A DNA stretch of 56,185 bases from Clostridia bacterium (GTDB lineage Bacteria; Bacillota; Clostridia; Monoglobales; Firm-18), in NCBI GenBank assembly GCA_045576675.1, contig JAZNGX010000104.1:1-56185 (forward strand). The letters are read 5' to 3'. Made by a program: the position numbers and the translations under genes. The notes under the pieces are model-generated. The model did no database searches and was not told where the DNA came from. It saw only the letters and a program-made list of their open reading frames with translations. Positions 54,940 to 56,185 of the stretch are shown here, piece by piece. Positions within the stretch are counted from its first letter, which is position 1. Each line of letters opens with the position of its first letter.

Positions 54940-56139
54940 TTATTTGTTATAAATATCGTATACACCTGAGAAAATCTTAGCAGCTTCTGCACGTGTTGTT
55001 GCAGCCTGAGGAGCAAACATATAACCAGGTTTACCGTGGAATACATCTGCCTGCTGTAGTGTATAAACTGCATCATAAGCATATTCCTGAATATCAGCGT
55101 CATCGTTGAATAACTTAAGCGCAATAACAGGCTCACAAGCAATCTCAAACTTATTGAAGAATCTAACTATCATAGCAGAAATTTCTTCACGTGTTATGGT
55201 CTTATCCGGTGCAAATTCTGTATCTGAGTAACCTGTTACGATACCGTTTTCAAGACCCCATGCAATATATGGATTGTGCCATGCTGATTCAGGTACATCA
55301 ATAAATGAAACCTTTGTAACAGCAACCTCAGCATCAACCAAAGCAGCAAGCATCTTAACAACTGATGCACGTGTTAATGAACCTTCCGGATCAAACTTCT
55401 GGTTACCAATACCGTTCATAATACCTGTCTGTGACATTTTTTCAACATAGTCATATGCCCAGTGTGTTTCGTCAATATCATTGTAAAGTGCAACGTTTGC
55501 TACACCTGTGAATGAACCTGAAGGCTTTGTGGTGCTGCTTGAAAGGCCGCCGCCACCGCCGACAGCAGGTCTGTTACCGGATTTCTTTGTTAAATCCCAA
55601 ATATCAGGAGCACCAAATACAAGATTATCATATTCTGCTACAGCATTTGCATCGTTCTGCAATATATCCTGAAGCTCTGTATAAACATTCGCACTGTTTG
55701 TGAAAATAACTCTCAAAGCAGCAGCAAATGAAGCATTTGTATCCAATGCATCAGCTAAAGCCTGAACTGTTACGTTGTGAACATTTGTGCGGTCAACAGG
55801 AGTTGAAGCGTGCGCCAACTGAATTTCAGCCTTTACGTCTTCAAAATATGCAACAACTTCTGCTTTTGTCAGATTTTCAATATCGCCAGCTTTTCTTGCA
55901 AAATTACTGTCTGCATATAAATAGCCTGCTGTCTGACCCTGAGCTTCATACTCATAATACAAAGCGTCAATACCCTTTGCAATTTCAGGTACAGGAGCAT
56001 TAGCAAAATCTCCATTATTGTATAAGTAATCAATTGTTCTTTCAATAGTCCATGAGTCATATGAAAAAACTGTTGTGAATGATGCAAACGAAACCAAAAT
56101 GGTAACTATAAGCATCAAAGATAAAACTTTTAATTTCAT
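54940..56139 (-). CDS. S-layer-homology protein: signal peptide, helical region, Gly5 linker, three C-terminal SLH domains
   Basis: MKLKVLSLMLIVTILVSFASF signal sequence (ATG 56139; the track starts at GTG 56148). GGGGG linker encoded at 55546-55560. SLH repeats (YNDIDETHWAYDYVEKMSQTGIMNG…; FIDVPESAWHNPYIAWGLENGIVTG…; IQEYAYDAVYTLQQADVFHGKPGYMFAPQAATTRAEAAKIF). Confidence 0.85.
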   Translation of the reverse strand: MKLKVLSLMLIVTILVSFASFTTVFSYDSWTIERTIDYLYNNGDFANAPVPEIAKGIDALYYEYEAQGQTAGYLYADSNFARKAGDIENLTKAEVVAYFEDVKAEIQLAHASTPVDRTNVHNVTVQALADALDTNASFAAALRVIFTNSANVYTELQDILQNDANAVAEYDNLVFGAPDIWDLTKKSGNRPAVGGGGGLSSSTTKPSGSFTGVANVALYNDIDETHWAYDYVEKMSQTGIMNGIGNQKFDPEGSLTRASVVKMLAALVDAEVAVTKVSFIDVPESAWHNPYIAWGLENGIVTGYSDTEFAPDKTITREEISAMIVRFFNKFEIACEPVIALKLFNDDADIQEYAYDAVYTLQQADVFHGKPGYMFAPQAATTRAEAAKIFSGVYDIYNK

Positions 56140-56185
56140 GCAAATCACCCTATTCTGAATATTTTTTTCTATTTTATCATATTTT

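Noticed and set aside
1-56185. CRISPR arrays, rRNA/tRNA genes, toxin-antitoxin or recognisable anti-phage defence genes
   Set aside because: Reading both strands, I found no regularly spaced direct repeats, no cloverleaf-capable segments, no rRNA-like conserved blocks, and no nuclease/ATPase/RT-type defence signatures. This was a by-eye scan, so small elements could have been missed.

Overview
AT-rich window that looks like a low-GC Firmicutes (Clostridia) chromosome. I saw no rRNA, tRNA or CRISPR array. (1) 1-5.7 kb is the recombinase end of an integrative mobile element. It holds a 3'-truncated Cys4 hypothetical gene with a consensus promoter, a 51-codon ORF, and three tightly packed large-serine-recombinase (LSR) genes. 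The middle LSR gene lacks the catalytic domain. A 1.2-kb stretch of gene fragments follows (LSR C-terminus, frameshifted AraC tail, IS3 transposase tail). (2) 6.9-48.4 kb is entirely minus strand and forms two back-to-back Gram-positive polysaccharide-utilisation-like operons with parallel architecture. Each has LplB/LplC-like permeases, a ~500-aa lipoprotein binding protein, a membrane-anchored AraC regulator, BNR/Asp-box sialidase-fold proteins, secreted lectin-module proteins (LamG, F5/8-C) and a two-gene SLH surface-anchor pair. Recognisable enzymes are few: a GH94-like phosphorylase, GH38, a beta-helix protein, and a DgoK-like kinase with a KDPG-type aldolase. A second scar with a long perfect palindrome separates the two blocks. 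(3) 48.4-56.2 kb holds adenine deaminase with a consensus promoter and a probable non-canonical start, a DRTGG / anti-sigma-type kinase / [FeFe]-hydrogenase-like sensory trio, an MBOAT-DHHW O-acyltransferase pair, and a third SLH protein. My best candidate for something undescribed is the duplicated glycan-harvesting system built around a divergent sialidase-fold family that seems to lack the RIP arginine. The catalytically headless LSR paralog and a GC-rich non-coding segment upstream of the cassette come next. All family calls rest on motif recognition by eye, since no searches could be run.
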